A DNA stretch of 64,000 nt from Camelus dromedarius. Lineage: Eukaryota. Location of the stretch: the NCBI RefSeq assembly GCF_036321535.1, contig NC_087447.1:36148001-36212000 (forward strand), given 5' to 3'. Positions 11,396-23,800 of this stretch are shown in pieces (the stretch's first letter is position 1; each line of letters begins with the position of its first letter). The notes beneath the pieces are model-generated. The model had not been told where the DNA came from. It did not search any database and was given only the letters and a program-made list of their open reading frames with translations. The translations under genes and the position numbers were made by a program.

Positions 11396-12367
11396 TAAGT
11401 AACATTCTTATACTATGATTTCTTGATTTTAGTTTATACTTCTTCCCCTGGAATCCTCATAATTATATGTTTACATATATGTAATTCTACACTTAACGTT
11501 TCTGTAAGTAGATACATTTACATAAAATGTTAGTAATTACTTTGTTCTTCCATCTGCTCAGTGTTCTGTGCTCCTGTCTCATGTGTTCATCCCTAAATGT
11601 TGAACCATAGTTCAAATCTCAATATGTTCAATCAATTTTACTTTTGTTTTTACTATGTGGTGATACCCCTCCCAGGACTCTTATCCTCTAGCTCCAACTC
11701 AAACAGGTTACTCTTGAGATCTATAGTTCTGGGGTCTCCTTTTGCCATCAGTATAGAATTCTTTTTGCTTCCAGTGTCAGAGTACCCGTTTCCACATCAC
11801 GTCTTCCTCTTTCTTTGTTTACTGTTTCCTTTCGGTGAAACATCCTCTAGTAGCTCCCGAAGAAAGGGCTCAATCCTTGGACCTCATTTCTTCTCTGTTT
11901 ATACTAACATTGAGTCTGGCTTTAAATGCTATCTGAGGTTATTATGCTAAAATTTCTACCTCCAGGGCAGATCTCTGAACTCCAGTCTGAGATATGCATC
12001 TGCCTATTCAGATCCCCAAGCGGATCTCTGATATACACCTGGACTTTATCCTGAACTAAACTTGATTTTTGCAGCCCAAACCTCTGTCCCAAGACATCTC
12101 CATCTCAGTAAATGGCAACTTGATTCATCCTTGGACCAAAAACCTGCGTCATCCTTGCCTTTTTTCCCTCTTACACCACATATCCACTTGGTCACCAAAT
12201 CCTCTTGGCTCGATCTTTACAATATATCCCCAGATTTGACCACTTACCACCTCTTCTACAAACACCCTAGTCTGAGTCACCTTCACTTACCCTTACTATT
12301 GTAAAAGCCTCCTAACTGTTCTCTCTTTGACCTCCACCAACATCTTCTACATCCAGCATCTAGAGTG

Positions 12368-12474
12368 CTTTTTTTTTTTTAAGACTTTATTTTTTAAATA
12401 GTGGTACTGGAGATTGAACCCAGGACCTCGTACATGCTAAGCATGCACTCTACCACTGAGCTTTACCCTCCCCC
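12368..12474 (-). mobile_element. Camelid tRNA-derived SINE (vic-1-like)
   Basis: Reverse complement reads GGGGGAGGGTAAAGCTCAGTGGTAGAGTGCATGCTTAGCATGTACGAGGTCCTGGGTTCAATCTCCAGTACC (Pol III A and B boxes) with an A-tail; TSD TCTAGAGTG at 12359-12367 and 12475-12483. Confidence 0.85.
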
Positions 12475-12594
12475 TCTAGAGTGGTCTTTTAAAATCTAAG
12501 TCACATGGTGTCCCAAGTGCTCAAAAACTTCCAGTGGTTTCCCGTCTCCTTTAGAATAAAATTTATAATCCATACCTTGCCCTACAAGGGAGCG

Positions 12595-12998
12595 TTAGGA
12601 TCCTGGCAGGAAAACAGGTGAGTGTCACACTCAAACTGAGGAATTTGGAGACTGTTTACTACAGGAACTCTTTTCAAAGGTGTGAGTGGGGTTTAGGGAA
12701 GCCACGGGCAAACTATGTGAGGTTCCCTGGAGCTGGCAATCACGGGAAGGCATTAGGCATTCCCACTCTAGCTGAAGAACGAAGGGAACTCAGAGCTGCT
12801 GAGCATCACCTGGCAGAAGCTGTGGCTCTCAGAAAGACTCTGCCTGCCCTCTGATTTTTGCAGATGCCTCCCATTGGCTAAATGTCATAGGAAGCCAGAC
12901 ATCAAGAGAGCCTGTTGGCATGGCCCATAATCAGCTCCCCAGGCAACAGAGCAGGGTGGATAGTGGGTCTAGGGGGACAAAAGCAAAGTATTCAGGAC
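12595..12998. mobile_element. Solo LTR, ERVL class (LTR33/LTR41-like)
   Basis: gcctcccattggctaaa...ggaagccaga...cagagcagggtgga...gggggacaaa...caggaca matches a recalled ERVL LTR terminus; it splits the L2. Confidence 0.5.
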
Positions 12999-13960
12999 AA
13001 AGGGCCCTGTGATCTGTCCTATGCGTTCATCTCCTACCACGCTTCCCAGTCATACTGGCCTGGTTTCACAAGTACTCTTCGCTGGTCATTGCCCTTGTTC
13101 ATTCCTGTGCCTGGAAGGCTCTCCCCCAGATATCTGTGTGGCTTGCTCCTTCACTAAGGTTCAACTGACCTCAATCAGTGAGGCCCTATCCAAAAGAGCT
13201 CCCTCCCACCCAGCACTCCATCCCCCCACTTCAGAGTCCTGATTACCACCTCACGTGTTATTTTCAGATTATATGAAAGCCCCGTTTGTTCACTGCTATA
13301 TCCCTAGTATTTAGAATAATGTCTGGCACATAGTAGGTTCTCAATAAATATTGGTTAAATAAATGCACACAAGGGATGAAAAAAACTTTTGAGATCTTGG
13401 GAAAAGTCTTTTTCAGCTCCCACTGTGGATTGATAAAATTTGAATGGAAATAGAGTCTTAGTTGGAAATCATTTTTCCTAAAAACTTATCACTGCTTATT
13501 TTTAGCTAAAAACAAACAAAAACTGCTGTTGAGAAATCAGATGTCATTCTGATTCCCACTCTTTTGTTTGTAATCTTTTTTCTTTTTCTTCTTCCTTTTC
13601 TTGACCTGATGCTTTTAGGATCATCTCTTTATTGCTTAGTGTTCTGAGATTTGCAATAATACCTTGATTTTTGTCTGTTTTCATTTGTTCTGCAATGTGC
13701 TTAGTGAGCTATTTCAGTTTCAAAATTGCCTTGCAGTTCTGGGGAATTTTCTTGAATTATTCCTTTAATATTTCTTCCATACTATTTTCTATGTTATCTT
13801 TCTGGAACTCGTTATTTACACATCAGATTTTTGGACTGAGCTTCTAATTTTTGCATCTTTTACCAACTATTGTCCATCTCTTTTCCTACTTTACGAGAGA
13901 TTTCAACTTTATCTTCCAAAATTATTACTAATTTTTCCATTTCTACCTTTATCTCAGAGC

Positions 13961-14470
13961 CAGTGGTATGTTGGTAAATGCTGTTATATGTATGTTGGTG
14001 TGTGTTTGTATATATGTATATATACATAGTATTTACATATATATGTTGTATATATGTCTGCATGTTGTGTGTTGGTAAATGTTTTAACAACTCTGAAGTG
14101 AAGGGGACAACTCTGATTTGTGTAGTTTACCTATTTCTGGGGTAGAAAAACTCCCTCTGTGATCAATTTCAAGCTACCAATATGGTATCACTTAGCAGTA
14201 GACCATTACATAGTACTTCCCCCATACAGAAACAACAAACATAAGTGACTTCAAGATCATGGATAGTAACAAAACTATATAAAATAATTAGGAAGTGAAG
14301 AGCTTTGAGTATTTGTTTTGAATATAATTTGTTTTGAAATAATTTATTTATCTGAGTTTATATAATTTAATTTTTAATAACTCCTTGTGCTTAACTGGCT
14401 TGCACAATTCCTGCAAATGTAACAGTTGGCTCTTGGCGAGCTTTTATGAGCCAGATCTAGCTCACCACCG
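13961..14470. mobile_element. hAT-Tip100 (Zaphod-like) DNA transposon fossil
   Basis: Perfect 8-bp TSD CTCAGAGC at 13953-13960 and 14471-14478; imperfect TIRs CAGTGGTATGTTGG ... CTAGCTCACCACCG. Confidence 0.8.
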
Positions 14471-17400
14471 CTCAGAGCTCATCTTTGTACCCTGAACTTT
14501 CTTCTTACAGAAACCTGTTGTTTCACAGATGAAATACCTTCTCATCTCTGAATACATTAATGATAATCTTAAACTTTTTCTGCCTCTACATTGTTTTCTC
14601 TGAGCTCCTTTTTTATTTGCTTGTCTTTTATGTTAGAGGGTTTCCTCACATGTCTGATAATCCTCGTAAGGATCTGAATTGTGATGCCCACTACAGTATA
14701 CAGACAGCACAGAATTGTATCCAGATGCAGTTCCTCTTTTTCACTACTAGGTGGCGTTGATTGCTGTTGTTGCTGGGGATGCTGACACTACCCCATACCT
14801 GCAGCTTCTTAAAATTTAAAAGTTTTCTCACATTTGTTATTTTTTTTGATTTTCAGCTTCCCAAAAAGTTGACTCCACATTTCTTGGGGAGGAGGTTTGG
14901 CATAAATTCATTTAAGAAAATTGCCTCCATTTTAAAGATGAGGAAACTGAGGCTCAGAAAAGGTAACTCAAACTAAGGTCATTAGGATGCCTGGTGTTCG
15001 TATCACTGTCCCTTTATGCCTCTTATCCATTGTCTCAGTTTTTTTTTTTTTTAAAGAGAAGTGCAAATTAACAAAGACCTTTTTCTTTGTTCTTGTTCTT
15101 CTGGACAAATCAATTTAAAAATTATTAACAGTTAACATTTTAGCTACTTCCTAATATATGATAATATATTCATTAGAGAAATAAAAATTTTAAATCTCCA
15201 GGAGTCTAAGTGAATTTAAGCACTTTTTTATATTGTTTTTCTCTCATTTTCTTACCTGTGAGTAGAAATCATAGATCTCTTAAGCTAAAGATAACAGTAC
15301 TTTCAGCTCTAAGCCAGTGCTATTCCCAGCATCCCAGCCTCACCTACCATCACACTATTTCATATACTATTATCTTTGCTGCAAACACAGTGACATGTAT
15401 AGCAGTAGTTTGGGAATGGTAAGCCCCCATATCAAGATAGTTTTACCTCCCTAGGGGAAAGGAGGTGGGCAGGATTGGGCAGAGAGTTTTAACTCTGTCT
15501 ATAATGTTTTATTTCATAAGCTAAGAGGTAGGTACAAGGGGTTTTGTTATATTCTTTTTCTATGCTCAACCTAACTCATTTTAAAAGTCACTATGAGGTT
15601 TAGAGTTATAAAAGCAGTTCATTTACTCCACAAATAGAGTCCACATGACCTATGGTTTGGTTTGGGTTGGGGTCGTTACAGATGGCTGTTCAGTTTCTGT
15701 TTTAACTCCGCCAGGGACAGGAAGATCACCACTCAAAAGAGGTTTGGTTTTTACTGTTGGGTAGCAGTTCTTCATGTGTCTACTGGGTCTCACCCGGAGC
15801 TCTATTTCACAGGGCTGTGGTGAGAGGGAAGGAGATGGAAGAGGAGGAAGAAGTTGGAAAAGCAGAAAGCATCTGTCTCTGCAAGGGGACGGTCCTCTCC
15901 GGTTCCAGCAGCCAGTGTGCCTGAGGGTGAGCCGGGCTCGGGTATCTGACGGGGGAGAGGCTGCGCTGGGGCTGCGCGCCTCTCCACTCAGGCACCGACC
16001 AACAGGTTGGAGGTTGGAGCTTCTGGGTTGCCTTTGCGTTGCCTGTATGGGGACACTATGGTGCTGGGCCTGGAATGCAGGGGGGACTTGGGACAGAGAG
16101 ACCATCCAGTGCTGGAGGTGTGGGACAGTCCATGTCACCCTGGCGGTCCTGCTCTGCCAGTATCTGCTCTTCTAGTTCAGGGACAGGGCACTTTGGACTG
16201 ATCCGGGGTCCTCTCAGCCTGGGTCGTCAGCACCAGCACTCACACCCCACCAACATGGCTTTTCGCTGAAATACTGGAGCAGCACTCTTGAAAGAAGAAT
16301 GGTTAGGTAGGTACCCTACCCTGTGAGGGGCATTAGACAGAGCCCCTCCCATTGCCCTAAATCTCTAGCTAACTTGTTGCAGCGACTGAAATCCCATCAT
16401 TGGAAAAGAACATACATTTCCTAGATGGTCTGGCACATTCTTTGAAAGCCTGCACAGATACAGTTATAAGCTAACAGATTCACAATGATCCAAAGGTAAA
16501 CAGCAAAGCTCTACACTAACTAAAATGATATTATTTATGCAAATCACCCCTGAGCACTAACCACCTCTAACTTAGGATCAGGGAGTTATGGGTCGCAAAC
16601 CCTTTTGTTTCCATGATTCACTGGAACCTTATAGCAAACCTGTACTGCAGGAAGTATTAAACTTCTCTGCCTCAGTTTCCTCTTGTGAAATGGAGGTAAA
16701 GGCCCTTGCCCAAGGTCATATGGCCAATTGAGGCCACAAAGACAGGACACTAGATTTTAGAGACAGAAGGACTTATTTCTTCCTATTTTCTCAAAGCAGC
16801 CTGGAGTGTGACACTCTCAACTCTATGGAAGGACAGGTCTCTGACCTTTGAAAGCAAGATAAAGAATGGGTGAAGCTGGAAAGGGAAAGTCATTTGGGCG
16901 GGTGTGTGATGGACCTGGAGTGCAGGTCAGGCTGGTCACTGAGGAAACTGAACCGGGATTTGGGAATGTGGTCAGTTAGCTGTTCAGGTGATGAGACTGA
17001 GGTCCCCCCTACCTACCCAGGCGAAGAGCCTGGGTTGGGGAGTCTGCAAATAGCACAGTCAGGATGGAACCCAGGCTGTCAGTGTCTGAGCCCTGTTTTC
17101 CCCATCAATGCACTGCCCCCAAGGGGTGCTGTGTGAACTTCGGAAGTCTCACTGCCCTGCTGATCCTTACTAGAAAAGAGGAGTTTGGACCAGGTAGGCT
17201 TCCCTGGCTATGCCATGCCAAGTTCTGGAAGCAGGTGAAACGGTTCAAGTCTCCAGCACCTCTAGAAGAGAGGCCCGGGGACAGGAAGGATGAGTGTTTC
17301 CAGTCCTGACTGAATCACTTTTTCTTACATTAGAACAGATTCCTTTCTGGGCTGAAGGTTGGAAACTCAGGTGCACCCATGCGTCATCTCCTAGGCTCTG

Positions 17401-17499
17401 CCTAGCCTGCCCATTTATTCATTCAGCAACACTCTCTAAAGCTTACGATGGCCCTGGCCCCTCCTCTCTCCTCTCTTATCCAGCTATCCATCCATCCAA

Positions 17500-18430
17500 C
17501 CAGTCAACAAATAGTTATTGAACTATGTCAGCTGCTATTTTAGGGTTTGGGATACAACAGCGAACAAAACCAAACATAGTCCCTGCTCTCATGGAGCCTA
17601 CATAGTTTTGAAGGGGAGAGGTATTAAGCAAATAATCACTATACAGATGTAGATGTCAACCACAGAAGTGCTGCAAAGGAGACTAAAGGAGACATGCCTG
17701 GTGCTGTGAGAGCCAACATGGTGGGGTGGGGGTGGGGGCAGAGAAGGCCTCCCTGAGGAGGTGGCTCTTGAGCTGTTATCTGACGTAAGGGGGAGTGGAG
17801 TTGGGGGTATGTAGTGGACATTCCAGGCACAGGAAATAGCCTGTACAAAGGCCTTGTGGCAGAAGGGAGCCCAGTGAGTGGGGGAGGGAGAGTGGGGCAA
17901 AGGAGGAAGGACAGGACACAGGGGCCAGACTCACAGGACTATAGGCCTTTGAAAGGAACTGTCTTTTCTTTAGAGCAACAGGGATAAAGGGTTTTCATTG
18001 GGGAGTGACATGATCAGCTTTACATTTTGAAAATATTCTGGCTGCCTGCTGAGTGAAGAGTGGACAAGGGTTGGTAGAAGGGGAACTGGACCTGGTGAAT
18101 TTGGGAGACCAGAGAGAGGAGGCCAGAGTCCAGAGGAGAGATAACTGCGGCTTGGCCTAAGGGGTCAGAGTAGAGATGGAGAAGAATGGACAAATTAGAG
18201 AAGTATCTGGAAAGTAAATCTGTCCAGACTTGGGGTTGGGTTGGACATGGGGTATAAAAGAGAGAGAGTTATGAGAGATGACTGCCAGTCTCTGGCATGG
18301 GCAAAAGGAAGGATGGTGGGTCATTTGTGAAGACAGGGAACACTGAGGGAGGGGCGGGTGTGAGCAGCACATTATGAGTTCAGTTTTGGAGATGTTGAGT
18401 TTGAACTGTCTTTAAGATACCCAGTTGGCG
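17500..18430 (-). mobile_element. LINE-2, antisense
   Basis: caacaaatagttattgaac, tccctgctctcatggagcctaca, cattccaggcacaggaaatagcctgtacaaaggcc, gagttcagttttggagatgttgagtttga. Confidence 0.7.
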
Positions 18431-18979
18431 AGGCCAAATAACAACACTTCCTGAGCACTTAGGCGTGCTAGGTGTTGCACCAAGGGCGTTGTAAGTATCA
18501 TGTTGTTTAATCCTCACAAGGCATCAACATCTTCATTTTTCAAAAGACACTGAGGCGCAGAAAGGGAGAGCAGGCGGGCCGCTGGACAGACTAGCCTGAA
18601 GCTCAGAAGAAAGCTCTGCGCTGCAGACGTAAAGGTTTCCAGGAGAAGTAGAAATTGAACCCATGGTCAAATGAAACTGCCCACAGAGAGACGTGCCCAG
18701 CTTCTTCCCTCTCTTCTCCTTACCCACCTCGAGCTGGGCTCCCCTCAGGCCTGCTGTCCCATGCTGGGCAGGACATGGGGTGCCTGGATCCACCCTAGGT
18801 GTGGAGACTGTCTGTGTCAAACTATTCATTGTCCCCTCAAGAGGTGGGGTCTCACTGCCCTCCCTGTCAATCTGCCAGGCCCATGACTTGCTTATAATTA
18901 ACAGAATTCAGAGAAGTAACACTTTAGGACTTAGAAGCTAGGGCAGAAAAGGCCTGGTTACCTGGGACACTCATGCTTG

Positions 18980-19334
18980 GGGTAGGAAGGCCAACCCTGA
19001 GGCCTCCAACCCACGAGAGAGCCGAGGCCACTTGCAGAAGCCATGCACAGGTGGTCCAGAAAACAACCACACTGGAGGCCCAGGAGGCAGCCAGTAGTAG
19101 CCCCCAGCACGTGGGTGAGGTTATCTCCACGTGATTCCTGCCCTCAGCCCGTGAGGCCCCCCAGCCACTGAATCTGCTCAGCTGAGGCCCCAGACATTCT
19201 GGAGCAGAGACAAGCCATTCCTGCCATGCCCTATCTGAATTCTTGACCTACAGGAACCTTGAGAACAATACAGTTATTGTCTTAAGGCATTAGATATTGG
19301 GATAACTTGTTTCACAGCAAAAATAACAGGAACA
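18980..19334 (+). mobile_element. ERVL-MaLR LTR (MLT1-type)
   Basis: gagcagagacaagccattcctgcc...gaattcttgacctacagga...ttgtttcacagcaaaaataacaggaaca 3' terminus. Confidence 0.65.
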
Positions 19335-21353
19335 TTTACTAAGGACGGGGAGGCTGAGTTTCTACAGCTTCATGGCCGTTCCAGGGACAGGGCAGCGGCT
19401 TCCCGGCCTTTCTCCACGCACCACCCTCCCAGTTCTCACCTCACCTCACTCTGAACAGGCGTCCGTGGATGTGTCTGTCTGCCCTATCAGACAGGCTGTG
19501 AGCCCTGCCTGGGCAGGACGGCAGGACCTTCCTGGTTGCCTCGAGTCCTCGGTGCCCAGCACGGAGCCTGACACGGAGAGAATCAGAAAGTGCTCGCTGG
19601 GGACGTGCAGCCTGCAGTTGGTCTGATGTTTCTTTCACCGGAAGTGGGGATCTCAAACCCCTTCCAAGGACACGGGGGTGCTGGACGGAAGCTCTTGCTG
19701 GCTGCCTCACACAGAGACAGAGGATTGGGCTGAAAGCAATTTTTCGGAAAGCATTCTCGTGAATACAACATTTTGATTGAAACAATGATTTGATTGAAAA
19801 TGAATATTCCCCAGTTGCTGGGGTTTTTTTCCTACAGTGTCAGTTATCATCCTTCATAGATAATTTTCAACCCTCTAATAGTTTTAAAGCATTTTTGCCT
19901 ATTTTCAGGATTTTTCAGGACTTTACCCCTAATTATTTGTAATTGGTTTTAGCCTACTTTACTGTGTTTGAATATCTGAAATAGTTGGAATTTGCAGCTG
20001 CCTGAAGGTCTCACTGATGAGGAGAATGCTTGGGACCGTGGGCTCAGAATCACAGGGGAGGAACGCCAGAGGGGGCCCTTTATTGGGGTGTTCACTTTGT
20101 GTGAGGATAAGCTGAGGCTCTGAGAAGGAAGGAGCTTGTCCCGGGTCACACAGTGAGGGGACAGTGAGGACTATCCAGGCTCCTGGCCTAGTGCCCTTTC
20201 CCCTCTGTTCCTGTTCCAGGTGTGAGCAGAAATGGTCCCTAAGGCAGGACTATGGGAGTTGTTTAAATCTCCCTTTTGCACATCTAGTTTCTGATGTTTA
20301 TGTAACAGTGTGAATTGCTCTGGGCACAAGAAAAAAAAACGAACAGTAAAAGAAAGAATAAAGAATTTGATGAAAGGTATCTTACCTAAAGCCCTCGCCC
20401 AACCCTGACACACATGTACACACAGGCAGTACTACTGCCCTCACGTACAGCGCTGCCTCTCCAAAGACTATGGCCTTTAGGGACATTCTAGACTTAGGGT
20501 CACACAGATCCCAGCTCTGAGCCCCAAGGTCCAGGGAAAGGCAGTATGTTCTGGTGCACAAATCCCTGGGCCCTGTCCACCCCAGGGAGGTGGGGAGCAG
20601 ATGCTAAGAGGGAAGAGGTGGACCCTAGAGATTTAGAGGGACCGTGAGCCCCAGGAGCCCCACCAGGGACCAGCAGGAAGCTGGCCCTAGGCTCAATGAG
20701 TCCTGCTGAAAATGCCCCTGGGGGTCCCTAGGCTCCATGCAGGAGAATTTCCCTCAGGTTCTGAAGGAGGAGAGTAGGAAAGACACTTTAGGTTTGTGTG
20801 GAGAGATGACCAGTATAGAGCCAGGGAGGCAGGAATTAAGAGGTCAGAATTGCCAGAGGTGAGGATGGGGACTAGACACTCCGTGCAGGCAGGCGGGACA
20901 GTGTCTGTTTTATGTGAATAGCTGTATCCTTAGAACCGTGCCTGGCATACAGTGTGCATGAAATTAATACATATTGACCAAATGTACAGACGGAGATACC
21001 ACTGCGTGGGGGAAGGGAGGGAAGGAAAGGGATGGCAAATTTTGAGTGGAAGACAAAAAAGAAAGGAATTTTTATTTATCGGCACCTACTATTTTGGGGT
21101 TAATGGACTAATAATAAGCTCTTTAAATTCATGACCTCTTTTTTCAAGTTAGTTTTTTAATTGAAAAAATAGTACATGCTTAAGGTTAAAAAATACAAAG
21201 CAAAACAAAAATTTAAAAATACGTCTCACTCTCATACCAGCCCTGAATCCTCAGAGGCTAACAATGGTTTTTGCTTATCTTTGTAGAAATATTATATGCA
21301 TATCCCTTGAGGGTCCCTCCTGCATCTTTGAACCTCCAGACTCAGATTAGAGC

Positions 21354-21528
21354 AGCATTTCTTAAAGTGTAGTCTGGGACCGCTTTCAACAGACTCACCT
21401 GGTAGGGATACCACTTACTAAAATGCAGAATTTCAGGCTTCACGTAGAGCCCTCAGAATCAGGGTGAGGGAATCCCTGATCTTCTGCCCCAGGCGATTTT
21501 GATCCCCACCAACATTTGAGAAGCACTG
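21354..21528. mobile_element. MER5-like hAT-Charlie MITE
   Basis: Termini cagcatttcttaaagtg ... catttgagaagcactg; internal aaatgcaga and cagaatc. Confidence 0.65.
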
Positions 21529-21643
21529 ACCTGACTCACACATCACTTCATGGGGAGATGGCCCAGACAGCTCTCCGTACAAATCTAGGCTCCACTATTT
21601 CCTCATTGGGTGACCTTGACCCTGGGTGAAGCACTTCACTTGT

Positions 21644-22031
21644 TGTCTTAGTTGGCTCCGGCTGCCATAACGAAGTAGCGCAGGCTTGGTGCTTAAACAA
21701 CAGAAATGTATTCCCTCACAGTCTGGAGGCTGTAAGTCCAGGATCCAGGTACGAGCAGGGTTAGTTTCTGGGGAGGCCTCTCTTCCTTGCTTGCAGACGG
21801 CTGTCTTCTCCATGAGTCCTCACATCTTTCCTCTGTACCTGGGAAGAGAGTGAGGTCTGGTCTCCCTCTTCTCATAAGGATACCAGTCCTAACGGATTAG
21901 GGCCCCACCCTTATGACCTCAGTTAATCTTAACTACTTCTTTAAAGGCCCTGTCTCCAAATACAGCCACATAGGGGGTCAGGGCTTCAGTATATGAATTT
22001 GGGGGCACAGGGACACAATTCAGTCCATACG
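21644..22031 (-). mobile_element. ERVL-MaLR solo LTR (MLT1A/B-like)
   Basis: tgtcttagtt...gctgccataac...cttaaacaacagaaat...ggattagggccccacccttatgacctca...acacaattcagtccata; 5-bp flanks CTTGT/CTTCT. Confidence 0.8.
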
Positions 22032-23393
22032 CTTCTTATTCCTGCCTCCTCCCCAAATCTGGAGTCTTCCTACTCAAGGCAGGTCTCTCCCATTTATTCA
22101 AGTCATGTTTTATAAATTTCAGTAATAATTAGGAGTTTTCTTCATATGAAACTTTCATAGTTCTCATTAGTCTATTACTAAATATTTTAATATTTAATTT
22201 TTGTTTTTTAACCTTTATACCCTCAACTTTTTACTTGGGAAATTTTCCAACCTACAGAAAAGTGGCAAAATATACAGTGAATACCCATACACCTAGATTC
22301 ACCAATTGTTAAACTTTTGCCACATTTGCTTTATCTTTCTCCATGTATCTGTATATATATTTTTCCTGAACCATTGTCTTCAGGCTCCTGTAGTGCTCCC
22401 CTAGCAGCTCGAGGGCAGCAATGGTCTTCTGGTATTTAAAGGTATTATCCCCCAGTATTGAGAATTCTTGAGGGGAGGGACCATGGTGTCTGTCTACTGC
22501 CAATAGATGTTCAATAATAAGAGAAGTGGCATGTCCAAATTCACACGGCTTAATGAGGGGCAGCACCAGAATCACATGCACGACTGTCAGACCCCAAAGT
22601 CCATGCTCCGCCATCACACCACCCTGTCTACTTGATAGTAACAGCACTTTTCACTGGAGAATACTGCATTATTGGTTATCTGGAAACTGAAAATTCTTGG
22701 GCACATGTTTTGTTGACTGAATCACATTTTAATTCATCTTTGAACATAAACTATTTTGCATTTAAGGTGATTGCTTAGTGCCATGTACATTTACAGAACT
22801 GTCTAGTATAAACTAAAATCCTTCCCCAGGGCCAGTCAAGGGAAATAGCCTCTGGATGACAGCTTCTCTTATTGCAGATGCTGGTGGTGATTTGTCCTAA
22901 AAAAATTAGGTTGGAAAGGGCCTTGGACAGGTGTAGAGAGGTGTTTGAGTCTAGGCTACATTGTAACTAGTCACACAATCTTAGGTGACCCACTTGCCTT
23001 CAGTGGGCCTCAGTGTCTCCTCTGAAAATGGGGATAAATACTCTTGCCCTGCCTACCTCCTAGAGATGCTGCGATCAGAAAAGGGGGGAAAGCACACAAA
23101 CCTTCTGTGTTTTAAATCCATCATAAATTCCATTCTTCTCCAATATTTGTAATTGTACCCAGCTGAGGATCATGTAAAACTTAAAAAAAATTCATTACTT
23201 TGTTTTTATAAACTGAAAAATTTGCCATGACTAGGCAATAACTGACTGGGAAAAATTCATGTCTTGTTTTGATCAATCACAGGAAGTATCAATCCAGAAT
23301 AGAATTGGCATCACATCTTTGCGCTCCAAGTCAAATGTTACTTCTTAGCCTGTAGAATGCCTTTCTTTAATTATTTAAAATAAAAAATGAGAA

Positions 23394-23560
23394 GGAGGGA
23401 GGATATAGCTCAAGACGCAGGGTGCATGCTTAGCATGCATGAGGTCCTGGGTTCAATCCCCAGTACCTCTATTAAAAAAATAATTAAAGTAAGCCTAATT
23501 ACCTCCCCCCAAAGAAAATTGAAAAAAGAAAAGAAAAGAAAAGAAAAAAAGAAATAAAAT
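23394..23560 (+). mobile_element. Camelid tRNA-derived SINE (vic-1-like)
   Basis: GGAGGGAGGATATAGCTCAAG...CATGCTTAGCATGCATGAGGTCCTGGGTTCAATCCCCAGTACCTC, A-rich tail with cctaattacctcccc; TSD aaaataaaaaatg(a/t)gaa. Confidence 0.85.
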
Positions 23561-23800
23561 AAAATAAAAAATGTGAAAAAGAATTCTTTAGGGCCTGATA
23601 CCTTGGGGTCATCCATGGTGCTTATGAATCTTGGGTGTACTTTAGAATCACCTGGAGAGATTTAAGTTCATACCAATGCCACCAATGCCAACTGTATTGC
23701 TTGGGGTAGGGCACAGGCATTTTTGTTAAAGCTCCCAAGTAATTCTAATGGGCAGTAAGGCCTATAGGTACATGACAGCGTGACATGAAAAAGCTAAAAC

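Larger units (their letters stand above)
11870..13365 (+). mobile_element. LINE-2 3' region interrupted by a SINE and an LTR
   Basis: L2 phrases ending in the L2 tail gtctggcacatagtaggttctcaataaatattggttaaataaatg (13321-13365). Start approximate. Confidence 0.7.

Noticed and set aside
15650..16269. Overlapping 60-160 aa ORFs as a possible processed pseudogene
   Set aside because: No frame resembles a protein I recognise; no poly(A) tail or TSD.
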